A stretch of 64,000 bases of DNA from Mustelus asterias (lineage: Eukaryota). A program made the translations under genes and the position numbers. The notes beneath the pieces were generated by a model that was not told the origin of the DNA, ran no database searches, and saw only the letters and a list, made by a program, of their open reading frames with translations. The stretch's first letter is position 1. Each line of letters opens with the position of its first letter. The stretch is taken from contig NW_027590162.1 of assembly GCF_964213995.1 (NCBI RefSeq), positions 124,001 to 188,000 on the forward strand, in the 5' to 3' direction. Positions 24,845-37,200 of this stretch are shown here, in pieces.

Positions 24845-25505
24845 GCGGAGATGGGGAGGAGAGGGAGGGGGAGGGGGAGGCGGAGAGGGGGGAGGGAGGA
24901 GGGGGAAGGGGGACAGGGAGGGGGGAAGGGGAAGAGGAAGGGGGAGAGGGAGGGGGGGGGGAGAGAGAGAGGGAGGGGGAACGGGAGGGGGAGAGGGAGG
25001 AGGAGGGGGAGGTGGAGGAGGAGGGGAGGGGGAGGGGGACGGGGACGGGGAGGGGGAGAGGGAGGGGGACAGGGAGGGGGAGGGGGAGGGGGAGGGGGAG
25101 GGGGAGGGGGACAGGGAGGGGGACAGGNNNNNNNNNNNNNNNNNNNNNNNNNNNNNNNNNNNNNNNNNNNNNNNNNNNNNNNNNNNNNNNNNNNNNNNNN
25201 NNNNNNNNNNNNNNNNNNNNNNNNNNNNNNNNNNNNNNNNNNNNNNNNNNNNNNNNNNNNNNNNNNNNNNNNNNGAGGGCGAGAACTGAGGGGGAGCGGG
25301 GGGAGGGGGGACAGGGGAGGGTGAGGGGGAGGGGGAAGGGGAGGAGGGGGGACGGGGAGGGGGAGGAGGGGGAGGGGAGGAGGGGGGAGGGAGGGAGGAG
25401 GGGGAGGGGAAGAGGGAGGGGAGGAGTGAGGGGGAGCAGGGGGGAGGGGGGGAGGGGCGGAGGCAGGGGGGGAGGTAGGGGTGAAGGTGGGGTGGGGGTA
25501 GGTGA
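24845..25505 (+). repeat. G-rich polypurine tract with assembly gap (N ~25128-25273)
   Basis: (GGGGGA/GAGGG)n low complexity. Confidence 0.95.
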
Positions 25506-25520
25506 AGCTGGACTTGACAT

Positions 25521-25593
25521 AGCAGAAGTGGGGCAGTTGAAGCCTGCTGGGCCCATAGCTCAGAGGTCGATGGATCGAAACCATTCTCTGCTA
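25521..25593 (+). pseudogene. initiator tRNA-Met pseudogene
   Basis: AGCAGAAGTGGGGCAGTTGAAGCCTGCTGGGCC-CAT-AGCTCAGAGGTCGATGGATCGAAACCATTCTCTGCTA; D-arm mutations and 1-nt insertion. Confidence 0.85.
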
Positions 25594-27059
25594 CTTCCTA
25601 TTAACAATGATAACAAAACCACTTGACTACAATTCTGCAACATTTACGTGGAATATGCAGACAGGTATCTGCATTGGCTCCTCTTTTCTGTTATAAGCCC
25701 CAAACCAGTTTGGTATGCACACAAGGTGTAGACACTGTGAACATGCACCAGGATCTATTAGTGACAGAGCTAATGGTGCACAGGGCACAATTTCAGAACT
25801 TGTGGATAATGTGAAACTTGGAAGCATTGTGAACTGCGAGAAGGATAGTGTGAAACTTCAAAAAGGACATGGACAAGTTGACGGAATGAGTGGACAATTT
25901 ATAGATGAAATTCAACGCTGAGAATTGTGAAGTGATTCATTCTGGTGGGAAAATTATAGAGAGACAATGAAAAGTAAAAGGAAAACAGTTCCAATGTATC
26001 TAATCAATTTCATTAGTGAGTTTCTCAGTCCTACAACGCTAAATGAGGTGCAATAGTACAACTCTAAAATAATAGCAAATTACTGCGGTTGCTGTCATCT
26101 GAAACCAAAAGAGAAAATACTGGAAAATCTCTGCCGGTCAGGCAGCATCTGTAAGGAGTGAAATGAACTAATGTTTCGAGATTGGTTTACTGCCAACTGT
26201 TAACTTCCTTAAAGTCAATAATAATCCATTCAAAATATCAGCATGTGTGTTTTACAATCATAATTACTCGTTTGAATCAATTACTGCATCTCACATTGCT
26301 TCTTGTTAGCTCATAAATGTATTTAAAAGTCATTTAACTGAACGCTGCTAGTTTTATCAATGCCTTCATGTCGACTGGTTTAAAAATCTTACCACCCCAT
26401 CAGGGGTTCCACTTACAGGTATTAAATGTCATGAGACGTCTGGACAGAGTGAATAGGGACAAACTGTTCCCATTCGTGGAATGATGAAGAATGAGAGAGA
26501 ACAGATTGAACATCATGAGCAAAGGAAGGAATAGGAAGACGAGGAAAACATTTTTCACACAGTGAGTGTTTAAAGTGTGGAATGCACTGCTGGAGAGTGT
26601 GGTGGATACAGATTCAATTGAAACGCCCTCAGAGAATTAGACTGTTCTCCGAAAAGGAAGAATGTGCAGGATTCCAGGGAGAAGGCGGAGATGTTGATTT
26701 TCTGTCACAACTCCTCACATCATTTCTCATTCATCACTCATCACTGAATCGAGTGGGAACTGTTCTCTTGTCTTTGCTAAACAAGGAGAAGTGCAGCAAT
26801 GATTAAATGACACGACAGTTGGTGGCCTAAGTCGAATGGGAGAGTTAAAAAATAACAAATATGTGTCTACAAGGAGGTGAGGATGGCAGAGAGATGGAAT
26901 TTGAAATAAAACAGAAAATGCTAGAAACCTCAGCAGGTCTGGCAGCATCTATCGGGAGAGAAACAGAGTTAATGCTTCCAGTACCTATGACTCTTCTTCA
27001 GAGCTGAGGAGGGGTTGAAATGTGACGGATTTAAAATGTTGAGGAGAATTCGGAGCACA

Positions 27060-28810
27060 ATCTGGATTATTCATTAAAGCAATCACAAAAGCAAATGGCA
27101 TGTTTGTTTTTATTGCAAGTTAATTGGAGTAGATGAAGAAAAGTGTCTTGCTACAATTGTACAGGAGTTTATGGAGACCACATCTGCAATGCTGTGAACA
27201 GCTATGGTATCCACATTTGAGAAAAGATAAGCTTGCATTAGAGGCGGTACAGAGAAGGTTCACTCGATTGCCCCCTGGAATGAGGAGGTTCTTCCATGTT
27301 GAAAGGCTGAGTGAATTAGGCTGAGAGATCCTAGAGCTCAGAACAATGTGTAAATGCTGAGTGAACGCTTCCATTGCTGTCCTCTGGGCAGACGAGTGGC
27401 AGATGAAGTAAAAGTACAGAAAAGTAAAGTTAAAGGAAAGTTTATTAGTCACAAGGCTTACATTAACATTGCAATGAAGTTACTGTGAAATTCCCCAATT
27501 TGCCACAGTCGGGCACCTGTGCGGGTCAATCACCTAACTAGATGAAGTTCAATGCAGAGAAGTGTGAGTTGATTCATTTTGAGATTGTGGAGAAATAAAT
27601 GGAGAAACTCTGAATGAAATGCAGGAAAAAAGGGATCTCAGTTTCTAAGTACAAAAGTCATTAAAGGTGGCTGAGCATGTTGGGAAAGCTGTTAATAAAG
27701 CAAATGGCATCCTACATTTTATTGGAGGATTAAATACATGAATAAGAAGATCATGTTGAGCTTTTAAATACACTAGACAGGACTCACCTGGAGCACTGAG
27801 TCCAGTGCTGGGCACCACACTTGTCGAAGTTTGGAGGGAGTGCAAAGGATATTCACATGAATGATTCCATTGATAAAGGTTTGTAGCAATGAAGATCGAT
27901 TGAGAGGTTGGGTATTTTTCCTTACGGGAAGAAGCCTGTGAGGACCTGTTGAGGGACAGGTAGCATTGAGGAAGCAGGTGTGCTGCAGAAGGATTTGGAT
28001 AGGCTGGGAGAGTGGGCAGAGAAGTGGCAGATGGAATACAATGTGGAAAAGTGTGAGGTTATGCAGTTTGGAAGGAGGAATGGAGGCGTAGATTATTTTA
28101 TAAATCGTGAAATGCTTAGGAACTCAGAAGCACAAACGGACTTGGGAGTCCTTGTTCAAGATTCTCTTAAGGCAAACGTGCAGGTTCAGTCGGCAGTTAG
28201 GAAGGGAAATGCAATGTCGAGAGGGTCAGAATACAAGAGCACGGATGTACTTCTGAGGCTGGCAAAGGCTCTGGTCAGACCCCATTTGGAGTATTGTGAG
28301 CAGTTTGGGCCCCTTATCTAAGGAAGGATGTGCTGGCCTTGGAATAGGTCCAGAGGAGGTTCACAAGAATGATCCATGGAATGAAGAGCTTGTTGTATGA
28401 AGAATGGTTGAGGACTCTGGGTCTGTACTCGTTGGAATTTACAAGGATGAGTGGGATCTTATTGAAGCTTAGAGGACACTGCGAGGCCTGGATAGAGTGG
28501 ACACAGAGAGGATTTTTCCACTTGTAAGAAAAACTAGAACCAGAGGGCACAACCTCAGACTAAAGGGATGATCCTTTAAAACAGAGGAGAAGGAATGTCT
28601 TCAGCCAGAGAGTGGCGAATCTGTGAAAATCTTTGCCGCAAAAGGCTGTGGAGGCCAGGTCATTGAGTGTTTCTAAGGCAGAGATGGATAGATTCTTGAT
28701 GAATAAGGGGATCAGGGGTTATGGGGAAAAGACAAGAGAATGGGAATGAGAAAAATGGCAGAGCAGTTTCGATGGGCTGAGTGGCCTCATTCTGTTCCTA
28801 TGTCTTATGG
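27060..28810 (+). mobile_element. several decayed CR1 LINE 3' fragments
   Basis: LYRSLWRPHLQCC, LQKDLDRLGEWAEKWQM, LVRPHLEYC motifs. Confidence 0.85.
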
Positions 28811-29639
28811 TCTTTTGGAAGAGCAAGAAGGGTGGCTTTCCCACTGCTGCTGCAGAATGACAGGGACCCGGGTTCAATTCAGGCCTTGAGTGACTTACGT
28901 ACTTTCCACATTTTCTCTGTGTCCATGTGGCTTTCCTCCAGGTGCTCTGGTTTCTCCCACATTCCATTGATAGGGTAAGTGGATTTACCATGCTAAATTT
29001 ACCCTTATGTCTCCCAGTATGTTTAGATTAGGAGGATTAACAGGGTAAATATGTGAGGTTATGTGGACAGGTCAGAGAATCAGTGCAGACTCAATGGGCC
29101 GAATGGCCATCTTTTGCAATGTAGGGATTCATTGATAGAGATTTTCATGTTCCAGTCATGAGTTCATCAAGAACGAGGAGAAAATTTCAAAGTAAGTGTA
29201 AAAATTGCAACGATTCAGTGCCTAATGTACACATCTTTGGAAATTAAAGGAACATTTAACATGGCCAATATACCTAACCTGCACATCTTTGAACCATGGA
29301 AGTGAACCAGAGCACCCAGAGGAAACTCATGGGGGAGAATGTGCAAAATTTGCACAGTCAGCAAAGGGCAGGACCAAACCCGGGTCTCTGGGGCTATGAG
29401 GCGGGAGAGTGGTATTGGACAGCGTGCAATTTTCAATACGGGAGTGTAGACTTGATCGGCCAAATGGGCTGTTACTGCTTTGGAAAGATTCTGTGGTTTG
29501 GGAATCTAAAACATAATCCTATTGAATGGTGCAGCAGGCTTGAGGGGCCATGTAGTCCACTTCTAATGCGATTTATTGTGCTGCTGTGTCCAGAAAGCTG
29601 CAAATTGAGTTCTCATCATTAAATCTGAATTTACTCCAA

Positions 29640-30125
29640 ATACCGTTGATGCATCAACTCAGTGCTCAGTGACAAACACTGACCCGTGGTTAAACAATGT
29701 CTCAATTTTAATATTCTTATCCGTGTTTCCAAAACCCTCCATGTCCTCAGCTCTTCCTCCCTTTCATCACCTCCAGCCTAACAATCCTCTGAGATATCTG
29801 AGCTCCTCTGATTCTGCCCTCGTGAGCATCCCTGATTTGGTTCACTCCGTAAGAAGTCTCACAACACCAGGTTAAAGTCCAACAGGTTTATTTGGTAGCA
29901 AATACCATAAGCTTCGTCAGATCTGACGAAGGAGCAGTGCTCTGAAAGATTATGGTATTTGCTATCAAATAAACCTGTTGGACTTTAACCTGGTGTTGTA
30001 AGACTGCTTACTGTGTTCACCCCAGTCCAACGCCGGCATCTCCACCTCTTGGTTCACTCCACCAGTGATGGTCGCACTTTCAGCTCTCTGGGTCGCAGCT
30101 CTGGAATTCCCTCTCTAAACGCCGC
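29640..30125 (+). mobile_element. old L2-clade LINE 3' relic (host of the fold-back insertion)
   Basis: ...PLRYLSSS...GRTFSSLG and ctctggaattccct (LWNSL) motifs typical of L2 ORF2 C-termini. Confidence 0.55.
29849..30048 (+). mobile_element. PLE-derived fold-back element with minimal hammerhead core, 12-bp TSD
   Basis: Inverted arms 29849-~29913 and ~29947-30011; CTGACGA-aGGAGCagtGCTCT-GAAA at 29923-29947; tail ccagtccaacgccggcatctccac; TSD ttggttcactcc. Confidence 0.85.
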
Positions 30126-30269
30126 TGCTTCTTGCTTGCCTTCCACCCAGTTCTTTTTTGTCACCTGTTCCCTTCATTTATTTCCTCCTTCCTTTCCCGC
30201 GGGGTTCAGCTTTTGCATCCTCTGACTTTCCGCAGTCCTTTTGCCGCTTTAACTGCCATCAAATAATTA

Positions 30270-30810
30270 TAATTGGACAACCATAATTCTGTGAGCGGTT
30301 CCACTTTAAGGATTATTTCGGCCACAAGTTCTTTGATTTCTCATTGGTTTCAGCTCCGGATCGAATTGAATGACGCAATGACGCTGGGTTGGGAGTGACG
30401 CTGCACGAGTCGCGCACGAGCGGCACATTCCGATTGGACACTGCGTTACGATTGGGTCGAGAAGATGTCCATCACATTAGGGGCGTGTGTTGTTAGCAAC
30501 GCGGTCTGTGATTGGGTACAATTGGAGCGTCATTTTCAATGGTCTCGAACCTCTGACTATGGAGCTCACGGATTGGATAATGCAGCTGTCACTCAGTGGG
30601 CGCAGAGCGGCCATTGGATAACCGCGATGCGTCACTTTCCGATTGGTTTTCCCAGCTGCCGGTCACAGGCCCATCAGACACCGCGCGGAGCGGCAGCAAA
30701 TGTCCCGCGAGTGGCTTCAGTCCCCGGGCCCGGATCCTGAGCCCGCGGCGGAGCTCCGGATGGGGGAAGGGTTTCGGCAGCGGGAATCCCGTCCTGCCCG
30801 GCTGTGAATA
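30270..30810. promoter_or_regulatory. CpG island with nine ATTGG (CCAAT) boxes and five TGACG half-sites
   Basis: ATTGG at 30272, 30343, 30433, 30451, 30511, 30521, 30572, 30613, 30642; high CpG density. Confidence 0.65.
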
Positions 30811-31085
30811 GGGCGGCACCGTGGTTAGGGACCCGAGTTCGATTACGGTTTGGGTCACTGACTATGCGGAGTCTGCACGTTCTCCCCGTGGGTTTCCTCC
30901 GGTTTCCTCCCACAGTTCAAAGATGTGTGGGTTCGGTGGATTGGCCGTGCTAAATTGCCCCTGAGTGTCTGGGAGACCAGCTCGGGTAAATGCATGGGGT
31001 TATGGAGATAGGACCTGGGTGGGATTGTGGTTGGTGCAGACTCGATGGGCCGAATGACTGCCTTCGACACTGTAGGATTTTAGAA
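30810..31085 (+). mobile_element. HE1/V-SINE-type SINE
   Basis: gggcggcaccgtggttag head, core and tail. Confidence 0.75.
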
Positions 31086-31429
31086 ATCCGCAGCTCAGGG
31101 TTTCCAATGACAGCTTCCTGTGTAAACATGTCACGCTGCAGTTCCCCAGTCTCAGCAGTGGCGGCACTGCAAACTCCCTGGAGTCAGGCCAATCAGCACA
31201 GAGACTGGGATCTTCCTGTGCTCTATGTGTGGGGCTCAGTGCCATTCCGGGTTAGAGCAACTCACTTTGCAGAGGCCACGGTTAGATCCTGGGATCATCC
31301 TGTGCTCTGTTTTGGGGGTGGGGCTTGGTTCCTCTGACTGAATCTCCCTTCTTGTTTGGTTCTAATTAACGCCTCTCTCTCTCTTATCGTCAGTCTGGGT
31401 GTTCCTGACTGAGCAGAATGGCCTGATCT

Positions 31430-31690
31430 CACCACACACATTGAGATGGAGGAGCTGCCGCTTGAGGTGCAGATGATTGAGAACTCCAGCCTTCTCTACA
31501 CTTGTTTACTGAGGCCCAGCCCTTCATCCATCATTAGTTTTCCCAGGATGTCAGGTACATTAACATCTTCATCTGCTGTGCACACTGACCTGACAGTGGG
31601 AAGGTATTGGAGCAGGATAGTGCAGTCAACCATGTCAAAGGTGTGGACAGGTTGAGAAGGATAAGGAGGGATAGTTTAGCTGGGTAAGAC
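31430..31690 (-). mobile_element. LINE relic (L2-like RT segment)
   Basis: Minus strand ctatccctccttatccttctcaacctgtc...tttgacatggttgac, approximating LSLLILLDLSAAFDTVDH. Confidence 0.5.
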
Positions 31691-31777
31691 TGCATTTACC
31701 CTGTTCTGATCTTTTCTTTCTGGCGATATGCAAAATATCACCTGCAATGATTTCCTGCCACTGCCACCCTTAATCAA

Positions 31778-31862
31778 TGTCACGACTGATGTCTTTGAAA
31801 CCAGGCCTCTAGAGGAGTCTGTGACCTGAACGCAGCAGCTTCGACTACTCGGCCGTCCTGAC
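31778..31862 (-). pseudogene. tRNA-Leu(CAG) pseudogene
   Basis: GTCAGGACGGCCGAGTAGTCGAAGCTGCTGCGTT-CAG-GTCACAGACTCCTCTAGAGGCCTGGTTTCAAAGACATCAGTCGTGACA. Confidence 0.8.
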
Positions 31863-31869
31863 ACAGACT

Positions 31870-34190
31870 ATTTATTTCACTCCTCTGCCACTTTATGGTT
31901 CCCCACTTTTAATTCCCAGTCTCAATCTCTCAGGAGCTTATGTTCACTTTAGCCTCTCTCTTTAAATATATAACCCTTGTTATATATTTAAAGAAACTCT
32001 TTCTGATTCTTTTTATATTACTTGTTCATTTACGTTTGTCATTCATCTTCTCCCACGTTAGTATTTTTTTGGTCATCATTTGTTGGTTTTAGAAACTTCC
32101 CCAATGCTCTGTCTTATCACGAATATATGAAACATCCTATGTTCTTCTTTCAGTTTAATGCAATCTTAACTTCCTCGGTTAACCATGGTTGATTTATTCC
32201 CTTTCAGAATCCTTGTTCATCACTGGTATATATCTTTGTTGTGAGTCAAAAACTATTTTCATAACGTATGTCATTGCTGAGCGATCGTCTTTTCTGCTAA
32301 TCATCTTTTGCAGTCCAGCCAACTCTGTTCTCATTCTTTTGTAATTACCCATATTTAAGTTGAGCACAGTTGCTTCTGACGCAAGTTTGCACTCCAGAAC
32401 TGAATGCTGAACTCCACCATGTTAAGGTCACTGTTTCCCAGCGGAGCTTTTACTCTGACTCTTTATGAAAGCTGTCTCATTATACATTACAATCTTTCAA
32501 ACTGGCCTGGTTTCTGCTTGGATCCACAAAATATTCTTCATGGAAACTGTGCCGAATGCACTCTGAATTCTTCCTCATGGCTACCTCTGCAAACTTGATT
32601 GTCCGAATCCACAGGAAGATTAAAGTCAGCCATGATTAATATACTGCCTTTTCCTTCATATCCTCGTTATCTCCTGATTCATTCCCCACCCTACAGTATA
32701 TCTACTGCCAGGGGCCGACAGACTACTCCCACCAGTATCTTCCCCTTGTTATTTTTTCCTTCACCCTTATGGATTCTACGTTTTCTGACCCAAGATCATT
32801 TCTTGCTGTTGTCCTTATTCCATCTCCTATTAACAAAGCTCCCCCAACACACTTTCCTTCCTGCCTGTCCTTAAACAGAGTCACATACCTCTGAATATAT
32901 TGTCACCAGCTTTGATCTCCTTGTAATCTCTGTCATGGCAAGAAGATTTTAGCTCATTTTGTGTCATTTGTTTATTGGTTCACTGTACATTTTGTGCCAA
33001 ATTACAACTTTCATTTACATAAAGTGCCATTAATTTTGCCCTTTTCCCATTTTTCTTCCCTTTGCCTCTATTTTCAGCTATTTTCTTTTGCTGTATGTAC
33101 ACAGTGTCCCTTCCTGTCACACTCTGGGCATCATTACCAAAAGAGCTGTCTTGCAATGCTGCCATATCTTCTTGCTTAGTTAGCCTACATATCCCTCCCC
33201 AGAACCACCACACCATTCCCCTTGCCCCTTTTTGATTAAAGCTCTTTCCACTTACCTAATTATGCAGTTTGCAAGAACACTGGCCCCAGCATGGTTCAGA
33301 TGTAGGCCGTCCCAACTGTACAGCTCCCCCTTTCCCCAGTATTGAAACCAGTGCCCACGAACCGAAACCCACTTCTCCCACATCAGTCTTTCCACCACGA
33401 AATCATCTCTCTAATTTGATGTATCCTTTGTCAATTTGCATAAGGTGCAGGCAATTATCCAGTGATTATAACTTCGGAGGTTCTGTTGTTTAATTTAGTG
33501 CCAAGCTCCTCAAACTCTCCATGCAGAACCTCTTCCCTCATTCTACCTGAATGATTGGTTGCCATGTGGACCACGGCAAAGGGACTTTCCTCCTCCCACT
33601 GCAAGTTCCTCTCCAGCCAGGAGCAGTTGTCCTGAATCCTGCCACCCATCCCAGGCAGGCAACACAGCCACTTGGATTCTCGCTCCTTGCTGCAGAGAAC
33701 AATGTCACTTCCCCTCACTATAGTGTCCACTCATTCTAATGTGCTTCCCTCACTTGAATGGCATCCTGTACCACAGTGCCAAGGTCAGTCAGCTCATTCA
33801 CCCTGCAGCCCCCACTCTCATCCAAAGCTGAAAGATGCTCAAAGTTATTGGACAGTTGCAGAGGCTACCATAGTTGCCCTCTGAGTCCCCTTATCTGCCT
33901 CAGCTGCAGTCACTCCCTCCTGTCCCTGACCACTTTTCAAACCTGAAGATTCTATCACTACCTGTCAGGATCCATCCCTTGCCAATTTAGTTTAAATCCA
34001 TCCCAACAGCACGAACAAAGCTCCCCGTGAGGATGGTGGTCCCATTCCTGTTCAGATGTAATCTGTCCAACTTGTACAGGTCCCAGCTCAGCCAGAGATG
34101 GTCCCAATGCCCCAAGAATCTAAAACCCTCCCTGCTATATAATCTCTCCAGCCATGCAGTCATCTGCTCCACCTATTCTCATTAATGTAT
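31870..34190 (-). mobile_element. ancient CR1 LINE 5' portions (ORF1 esterase/APE relics)
   Basis: WLCCLPG..VVHMATN and EGFRFLGHWDHLW..DRLHLNRNG motifs. Confidence 0.75.
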
Positions 34191-34282
34191 TTCCCCTGAA
34201 GGTGCTGACTCTGACTGGGTTCAGTTCTACACTCACTGGTCCCTCTCGCTCCTCCCCTGAAGGTGATGTCTCTGGGTGGATT

Positions 34283-37200
34283 CATAGAAACATAGAAAAA
34301 CTACAGCACAAAACAGGCCCTTCGGCCCCACAAGTTGTGCCGAACATATCCCTACCTTTTAGGCCTATCTATAACCCTCCATCCTATTAAGTCCCATGTA
34401 CTCATCCAGGAGTCTCTTAAAAGACCCTATTGAGTTTGCCTCCACCACCACTGACGGCAGCCGATTCCACTCGCCCACCACCCTCTGTGTGAAAAACTTC
34501 CCCCGAACATTTCCCCTGTACCTTAACCTGTGTCCTCTCGTAGCAGCCATTTCCACCCTGGGAAAAAGCCTCTGAGAGTCCACCCGATCTGTGCCTCTCA
34601 ACATCTTATATACCTCTGTTAGGTCTCCTCTCATCCTACGTCTCTCCAAGGAGAAAAGACCGAGCTCCCTCAGCCTATCCTCATAAGGCATGCCACTCAA
34701 TCCAGGCAACATCCTTGTAAATCTCCTCTGCACCCTTTCGATCTTTTCCACATCCTTCCTGCAATGAGGCGACCTGAACTGAGCACAGTACTCCAAGAGG
34801 GTCTTATATAGCTGCATCATTAACCCCGGACTCCTAAACTCAATCCCCCAATTGATAAAGGCCAGCACACCATACGCCTTCTTAACCACCTCCTCCACCT
34901 GCGGGGCTGATTTTAGAGCCCTATGGACCCGGACCCCAAGGTCCTTCTGATCCTCTACAGTACTAAGAGTCTTTCCCTTTATATTGTACTCCTTCATCCC
35001 ATTTGACCTGCCAAAATGGACCACTACGCATTTATCTGGGTTGAAGTCAATCTGCCACTTGTCCGCCCAGTCTTGCATCCTATCAATGTCCCTCTGTAAC
35101 TTCTGACATCTCTCCAGACTATCCACAACCCCACCAACCTTCGTGTCGTCGGCAAACTTACCAACCCATCCCTCCACTTCCTCATCCAGGTCATTTATGA
35201 AAATGACAAACAGCAAGGGTCCCAGAACTGATCCCTGGGGCACACCACTGGTGACCGACCTCCATTTAGAAAAAGACCCATCTATACACACTCTCTGCCT
35301 CCTTTGGGCAAGCCAGTTCTGGATCCACAGGGCAGCAGCCCCTTGGATGCCATGCCCCCTCACTTTTTCTAGAAGCCTTGCATGGGGGACCTTATCGAAC
35401 GCCTTGCTAAAATCCATATAAACCACATCTGCCGCTTTCCCTTCGTCAATGTGTTTAGTCACATTTTTGAAGAACTCCACCAGGCTCGTAAGGCACGATC
35501 TGCCTTTGACAAAGCCATGCTGAGTAGTCTTGAGCATACTAAACCTCTCTAAATGCTCATAAATCTTGTCCCTCAGGATCTTCTCCATCAGCTTACCGAC
35601 CACTGAGGTTAGAATCACCGGTCAGTAATTTCCTGGGCTATCCCTATTCCTCTTCTTGAAAATAGGAACCACATCCGCAATCCTCCGGCACCTCTCCCGT
35701 CTCCATCGACGACGCAAAGATCATCGCCAAAGGCTCTGCAATCTCTTCCCTCGTCTCCCACAGTAACCTGGGCTACATCCCATCCGGACCCGGCGACTTA
35801 ACTATCTTGATGCCATTCAAAGATTCCAGCACAACCTTAGATCATAGATCATAGAATCTTTTTGTTAAAGCCCACATACTCAATCTTTTCAGTCCACCGC
35901 AAGCCCGCAGTACATCCACCCAGGTCCGTCTCCTCTGTGAAAACCGATGCAAAATACTCAGGAAGCACCTCCCCCATTTCTACTGGTTCCGTACAGATTT
36001 TCCCACCTTCACCATTTATAGGCCCTATTCCTTCACGTCTCATCCTTTTACTCTTCACATATTTATAGAGAACGCCTTAGGGTTTTCCTTAATCCTACCT
36101 GCCAAGGCCTTCTCGTGACCCCTTCTGGCTCTCCTAATTTCCTTCTTTAGTCCCTTCCTACAAGCCATATACTCTTCTAAATCCCTATCTTCGCCAAGCT
36201 CTCTGAATCTTTTGTACGCTTTCCTTTTCTTCTCGACTCGGTCCCGCATAGCTTTCGTGCACCACGGTTCCTTTAACCTACAAACTCCTCCCTGTCTGCT
36301 CAGAACGTTGTCCTGTAGAACTCTAGACAGACATTCCTTGAAAAACTGCCACCTCTCTTCAGTACATTTCCCCGAGAATACCTCCTTTCAATTTACTCCA
36401 CGTATTTGCTGCCTTATGTCTTCATATTCCCCCTTACTCCATATAAACGCTTTCCTAGCTTGCCTGATCCTCTCTTTTTCCAATGCAAGCATAAAGGAGA
36501 TAGAGTTATAATCGCTATCCCCAAGATGCTCTCCCACTGAGAGATCTGACACCTGTCCAGGTTCATTGGTCAGTATCAGATCAAGTACAGCCTCTCCTCT
36601 TGTCGGATTGTCCACATGCTGTGTCAGGAAACCCTCCTGAACACACCTAACGAACTCTTCCCCATTCAATCCCCTTACCCTCAGGATATTCCAATGTATG
36701 TTTGGGAAATTAAAGTCTCCCATCACAACAACTCTGCTATTGTTGCAACTCTCCAGGATCTGTTTCCCTGTCGGGCTCCTCCACCTCCCTGTTACAATTG
36801 GGCGGCCTATAGAAAACTCCCAGCAAAGTGATCGACCCCGTCCCACTCCGAACCTCCACCCACAGAGACTCTGTAGACAATCCCTCCACAGCATACACCT
36901 TCTCTGCAGCTGTGACACTATCCCTGATCAGCAGTGCCACTCCACCCCCTCTCTTGCCTCCCTCCCTGTCCTTCCTGAAACATCTGAATCCCGGCACCTG
37001 GAGTATCCAGTCCTGTCCCCGAGACATCCAAGTCTCCGTAATGGCCCTCCACATCACACTTCCAGGCATCGATCCACGCTCTGAGCTCATCCCCTTTATT
37101 CACTATACTCCTGGCATTAAAGTGAACACATCTCAATCCTTTGGTCTGAGCTCTCCCCTTCTCTATCCCCCGTCCATCCTCCCTCTTGCACCGTCTATAA

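Noticed and set aside
24796-25626. Pro-, Gly- or Arg-rich ORFs
   Set aside because: Translations of a low-complexity G tract and an N gap.
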